A stretch of DNA of 64,000 nt from an uncultured Gemmatimonadales bacterium (lineage in GTDB: Bacteria; Gemmatimonadota; Gemmatimonadetes; Gemmatimonadales; Gemmatimonadaceae), in the NCBI GenBank assembly GCA_963793305.1, contig CAWBZV010000011.1, positions 1 through 64,000 on the forward strand, in the 5' to 3' direction. The notes under the pieces were generated by a model. That model did not search any database, was not told the origin of the DNA, and worked only from the letters and a program-made list of their open reading frames with translations. Within the stretch, counting starts at the first letter, position 1. Every line of letters starts with the position of its first letter. The translations under genes were made by a program, and so were the position numbers. Below are positions 63,196-64,000 of the stretch, in pieces.

Positions 63196-63612
63196 ATGGC
63201 GGGCCGACCACAGACGACCGAAATCCGCGTGCGGTATGCGGAAACGGACCAGATGGGGGTCGTGTATCACTCGAATTACCTGATCTGGTGCGAGATCGGC
63301 CGTACCGACTACATCCGCGCCCTCGGCACGCCGTACGCCGTGTTGGAGCGGAACGGTGTCGCGCTGGCAGTGTCTGAAGCCTCGTTGCGGTGCCACGCAC
63401 CGGCCCGGTACGACGATATCGTGCGGGTCGAGACTCTTCTCACCGAAGTTCGATCCAGAACCGTGACCTTCGACTATGTCATTGCCCACGCAGGCACCGG
63501 CGCCCGTCTCGCGACCGCTCGCACGATCCTCGTCTCGCTCGATCGTGAGGGCAAGGTCTCCGCGCTCCCGAGCGACATTCGCGCTTTTCTGTCTCACGGC
63601 ATCGGCGGCTAG
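63196..63612 (+). CDS. Acyl-CoA thioesterase (YbgC/4HBT family)
   Basis: RVRYAETDQMGVVYHSNYLIWCEIGR. Confidence 0.92.
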   Translation: MAGRPQTTEIRVRYAETDQMGVVYHSNYLIWCEIGRTDYIRALGTPYAVLERNGVALAVSEASLRCHAPARYDDIVRVETLLTEVRSRTVTFDYVIAHAGTGARLATARTILVSLDREGKVSALPSDIRAFLSHGIGG

Positions 63613-64000
63613 CTTCGCGCTCGCCTGCGGTGGCGGGCACAAGGCGCCGGAGACGAAGCCCGGGCCGCTCGTCGCGCAGTTCACGGCGTTTCCCGACTCG
63701 GAAGCGCTGCGCTACGCGGAGCTCCTGGCCATGGTCGATGCGCACCGCGTCGATGAGGTGCTGATCAAATCGGCCCTCGGCAAGACGCTCACGACGGCGC
63801 TGCGCGTCGAAGCCGCCCGCGCCGCGGGTCAAGTCCGCGCGCGGAACGTGGCGCCGATCCTGCGCACGCTGCTGATCGAGCACGACACCGCGGTCGCCGC
63901 CACCGCCGCGTTCGCGCTCGGCCTCATGGCCGACACGCCGAGCGTCAACCTGCTGGCCCAATCGATCTCGACCTCTCCGCTGTATGTGCCGCTCACGCGC
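63545..64000 (+). CDS. Lipoprotein with HEAT-like repeats, partial (runs off the window)
   Basis: Open frame with lipobox ALAC, then EAARAAGQV and TAAFALGLM helical repeats. Confidence 0.6.
   Translation, partial: MRARSPRSRATFALFCLTASAASFALACGGGHKAPETKPGPLVAQFTAFPDSEALRYAELLAMVDAHRVDEVLIKSALGKTLTTALRVEAARAAGQVRARNVAPILRTLLIEHDTAVAATAAFALGLMADTPSVNLLAQSISTSPLYVPLTR

Overview
The window looks like joined fragments from at least two genomes. Segment 1 (about 1-22585) is high-GC, resembles Gammaproteobacteria, and is heavily frameshifted, most likely from sequencing indels. It carries ltaE, bcp, tRNA-Ala(CGC), tRNA-Arg(CCT), an AT-richer islet with a RelB/DinJ-like gene and a nucleotidyltransferase-like gene, a ClC transporter, a QseBC/PmrAB-like pair with degQ, mlaA, MFS transporters, 5-oxoprolinase, and a truncated icmF. 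A roughly 400-bp unrelated fragment follows. Segment 2 (about 22990-64000) resembles Gemmatimonadota core genome. It carries serS, an intein-containing UvrD/PcrA, gatCAB, a class A beta-lactamase, murA, rimP-nusA-infB-rbfA-truB-ribF, cls, secDF, fhs, a selenocysteine-containing selD, tRNA-Sec and murI. The main candidate for a new system is a pair of diverged, paralogous, roughly 350-nt non-coding transcription units flanking cls (51857-52211 and 53743-54098). Each has the same promoter, the same terminator and covarying helices. Each also holds a complete but non-canonical tRNA cloverleaf whose 3' end pairs back into the surrounding scaffold. I do not recognise this RNA class. A second candidate is a dispersed hairpin repeat family that forms mini-ORFs at gene junctions (ATGA...RTGA) and also sits inside a histidine kinase gene. 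Taxonomy and family calls come from motif recognition only; no searches were run.
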